DNA of 64,000 nucleotides from a plasmid: sequence record NZ_CP049260.1; one strand, 5' to 3'. Shown piece by piece: positions 61,870 to 64,000 of this stretch (position 1 is its first letter; each line of letters starts with the position of its first letter). The notes under the pieces were generated by a model. It saw only the letters and a program-made list of their open reading frames with translations, ran no database searches and was not told where the DNA came from. The position numbers and the translations under genes were made by a program.

Positions 61870-62258
61870 ATGACAGCTCCAGAACTGACGTTTTATGAGG
61901 ATGATGAAGGAATTTCCGTTGACCTGGTGTTATCGGCGTTTGGCGAAAACCCTGTCCAGTGCATAAATCTGGATGCTGATACAGTCGATAAAAAATATCA
62001 GGCTGATATTCATTTTCTTATTAAGAATCAAAATGCTTTTCTTGAGAAAATCACTGATGAAGCCAGCGAATACTGCCAGCGAGTGTATGGTTGCGCTGCA
62101 AAAAATCTTCTCCTGATAAAATTTATCTTTCTCCTGAGACGGAAAAAAGTTTTGGATTTATGTTTTCTGTCGATGTGGATCCCGAACACGGATTGGGATT
62201 GAAATTCAATGGGTTGCAGTTGATGAAAACAGGTAGTAGCGAAGCGGCATTTTTATAG
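61870..62258 (+). pseudogene. DUF2004-like small protein (putative orphan immunity-type protein) interrupted by a -1 frameshift in an A6 tract at 62100-62105. An A7 tract would give a continuous ~129-aa ORF.
   Basis: Frame 1 (61870-62202) and the overlapping frame starting at 62100 (…KKSSPDKIYLSPETEKSFGFMFSVDVDPEHGLGLKFNGLQLMKTGSSEAAFL*) both read as genuine protein. Low-GC islet. Confidence 0.5.
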
Positions 62259-62360
62259 TATTTTAAAGCAATCTGGCGTGAACTTATCTTTAACTTTCAA
62301 GATAATATCTCTACTGATAGATTGAAAGAGCCAGTCACCCTAACTCAGAGAAGGAAAAGT

Positions 62361-62882
62361 ATGCCGGTTTCCTGTGGAAAAATGATTACAGAAGCGGATA
62401 TCCAGCGGCTGGAAAAAACATACTGCATCAGCTTGCCTGAAGATTATAAAACGTTCCTTCTGTTAAATAATGGCTTTGTGGTTAAAAGCCCGGATTATTG
62501 TAATTTAGCGTATGGCGGTGTCGATGAGGGCGCTATTGCGTTCAATGCCCTGTTTGGGATAGGAACTAAAAATGAATACTATGATATTGAGTATAATAAT
62601 GAAGAACTATTCAGTGAACTGGATTTTATCGACAGCAAATTAATCATCGGCGACGATCCGGGCGGTAACTATTATTTGATGCTGAATGGAGAACACCAGC
62701 AAGGCCTGTTTTACTGGGACAGAACGCATCTGCATGCGGAAGATACTCTTCAGGATTTTGAGATACCCGAGCAAAATGAGTGCGGGAACCTTTACAGGTT
62801 GAGCGATTCATTTACGCAATTCTATCAAAGCGTTATCGACAATACGCTTGCTCAGGGAATGCAGGTAACGCGTGATCTGTGA
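62361..62882 (+). CDS. SMI1/KNR4-family (SUKH superfamily) protein, the typical immunity-protein family of polymorphic toxin systems.
   Basis: …MITEADIQRLEKTYCISLPEDYKTFLLLNNG…GNYYLM…LFYWDRTH… is a SUKH-1 signature. AAGGAAAAG ribosome-binding site before ATG 62361. Low-GC islet. Confidence 0.7.
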   Translation: MPVSCGKMITEADIQRLEKTYCISLPEDYKTFLLLNNGFVVKSPDYCNLAYGGVDEGAIAFNALFGIGTKNEYYDIEYNNEELFSELDFIDSKLIIGDDPGGNYYLMLNGEHQQGLFYWDRTHLHAEDTLQDFEIPEQNECGNLYRLSDSFTQFYQSVIDNTLAQGMQVTRDL

Positions 62883-62999
62883 TAGCCATTACTGACGCCG
62901 CTTCGCCATTTCCCGCGCCAGCGCGCAGCCAGAAATGGTACTATCTTACTCATAACGCCCTGTCCCGGCAGGCATAAACACCACCATCAGGAACGCCCT

Positions 63000-63245
63000 A
63001 TGAGTAATGATATTCCTATCAAGTTTTATGACATCGCTGACGAGTACGCGACGGAAACGGAGTTGCCGGTAAGCGATGCGGAGCGCGACCGCCTGGCGAA
63101 CTACTTCCAGCTGTTAATCACCCGTCTGATGAACAACGAAGAAATCAGCGAAGAAGCGCAGCATGAGATGGCGCGGGAAGCGGGTATTTCTGAAGGGCGT
63201 ATCGATGAAATCGCCAACTTCCTGAATCAGTGGGGCAACGAGTAA
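63000..63245 (+). CDS. Small acidic hypothetical protein (81 aa).
   Basis: Clean ORF followed by a strong terminator. No family recognised. Confidence 0.45.
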   Translation: MSNDIPIKFYDIADEYATETELPVSDAERDRLANYFQLLITRLMNNEEISEEAQHEMAREAGISEGRIDEIANFLNQWGNE

Positions 63246-63276
63246 CGCCTCTGCGCTACGCAGCCTTTGCGAAAAC

Positions 63277-63303
63277 AAAACGGCCCCTTTACGGGGCCGT
63301 TTT
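63277..63303. terminator. Bidirectional rho-independent terminator.
   Basis: AAAACGGCCCCTTTACGGGGCCGTTTTAC. Confidence 0.75.
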
Positions 63304-63319
63304 ACGTTACGGTTTCTGA

Positions 63320-64000
63320 TTACACAAAGTGGATGTGCTTTTTGCCGTGATGGGGTGAAACCTCAGTGCGCGCCTCCACCTTGAAGACCTCGCGCAGCAT
63401 CGCCTCCGTCAGCACCTCATCCGGCGTGCCGCTCGCCACCACCTGCCCGCCCTGCATCACAATCAGCGCATCGCAAAACATCGCGGCGTGGTTGAGATCG
63501 TGCAGCGCCACAATACTCGTCACCGGCAGCTCGCTGATGAGGCGCATCAGGTGCATCTGATGATGAATATCGAGATGGTTGGTCGGTTCATCCAGCAAAA
63601 TCTCGCCGGGCGACTGCGCCAGCGCACGGGCGATATGTACGCGCTGCCGCTCGCCGCCGGAAAGATGCTGCCACCCGTCGTCGCGACGGTCGAACATATC
63701 CACGCGCTCCAGCGCCTGGCGCACAATCTCGTCATCCTGGTGCGTCCAGGACGAGAGCGGCGAATGGTGCGGAATGCGCCCGAGTTTCACCACGTCGCGC
63801 ACGCGAATATTGGCATCGGTCATCGCGTGTTGTTCAACGAACGCCACGCGCTGCGCCAGCTTTTTCCTGGACAGCCGCGCGATATCGCCATCGTCCAGCA
63901 GCACCCGGCCCGCATCCGGGCGGCGAAGCCCGGCGAGAATGCGCAGCAGCGATGATTTTCCTGAGCCGTTCGGCCCGAGCAGGCCAAGCGTCTGGCCGGT
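63320..64000 (-). CDS. ABC transporter ATP-binding subunit of the iron-siderophore/haem (FepC/FecE/HmuV) type. The N-terminus lies beyond the window end.
   Basis: LSGGERQRVHIARAL… signature, Walker B ILLDEPT and H-loop. The frame is open past 64000. Confidence 0.8.
   Translation of the reverse strand, partial: TGQTLGLLGPNGSGKSSLLRILAGLRRPDAGRVLLDDGDIARLSRKKLAQRVAFVEQHAMTDANIRVRDVVKLGRIPHHSPLSSWTHQDDEIVRQALERVDMFDRRDDGWQHLSGGERQRVHIARALAQSPGEILLDEPTNHLDIHHQMHLMRLISELPVTSIVALHDLNHAAMFCDALIVMQGGQVVASGTPDEVLTEAMLREVFKVEARTEVSPHHGKKHIHFV

Noticed and set aside
1-64000. Looked for CRISPR arrays, tRNA or rRNA genes, IS transposases, integrases and conjugation genes.
   Set aside because: I saw no short regularly spaced repeats other than the repA iterons. 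No transposase- or integrase-like ORF appears in the six-frame track. No RNA gene signatures were recognised by eye.

Overview
This is a GC-rich (~58-60%) enterobacterial window, most consistent with Klebsiella, Enterobacter or a related genus, and dense with accessory genes. It opens with a RepFIB-type plasmid replication gene (repA, 5' end off-window) followed by an iteron array. I read this as a large plasmid or chromid, or a chromosomal segment carrying an integrated replicon.

In order along the window:
- A two-partner-secretion locus: the TpsB transporter, then a TpsA gene truncated after about 400 codons.
- A low-GC omptin protease islet.
- A Mig-14-like gene and MipA, divergent from an OmpR-family response regulator and sensor kinase operon, followed by RND efflux genes. 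This looks like an antimicrobial-peptide-resistance module.
- Stress and detoxification genes: NUDIX, DinB-family, VOC, GNAT and a chloroperoxidase, with TetR, LysR, ArsR, GntR and MocR regulators.
- An MFS transporter whose end overlaps a periplasmic binding-protein gene.
- A blue-light module: a BLUF-EAL protein (BlrP1/BluF-like), the MerR-type BluR, and divergent ycgZ-ymgA-ariR.
- A methyl-accepting chemotaxis protein and a sensor diguanylate cyclase.
- A PTS EIIBC, a ManD/RspA-like dehydratase and a GntR regulator.
- An AT-rich islet with an orphan hcp tightly coupled to an uncharacterised glycine-zipper membrane protein, which I rate as a candidate new Hcp-dependent T6SS effector.
- A TrkH-like K+ transporter, arsRBC, a DapA-family gene, a DMT transporter and a MocR regulator.
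- A degenerate T6SS core locus: tssB, tssC, a frameshifted and truncated tssK, then tssF, tssG and tssJ, with no tssA, E, H, L, M or vgrG in the window.
- dsbG with a ScsB-like disulfide reductase.
- A low-GC islet with a frameshifted DUF2004-like gene and a SUKH (SMI1/KNR4) immunity gene.
- A partial iron-type ABC ATPase at the 3' edge.

I found no rRNA, tRNA, CRISPR array or transposase. Two frameshifts sit in homopolymer or GC runs (tssK and the DUF2004-like gene). These may be real pseudogenes or assembly errors.
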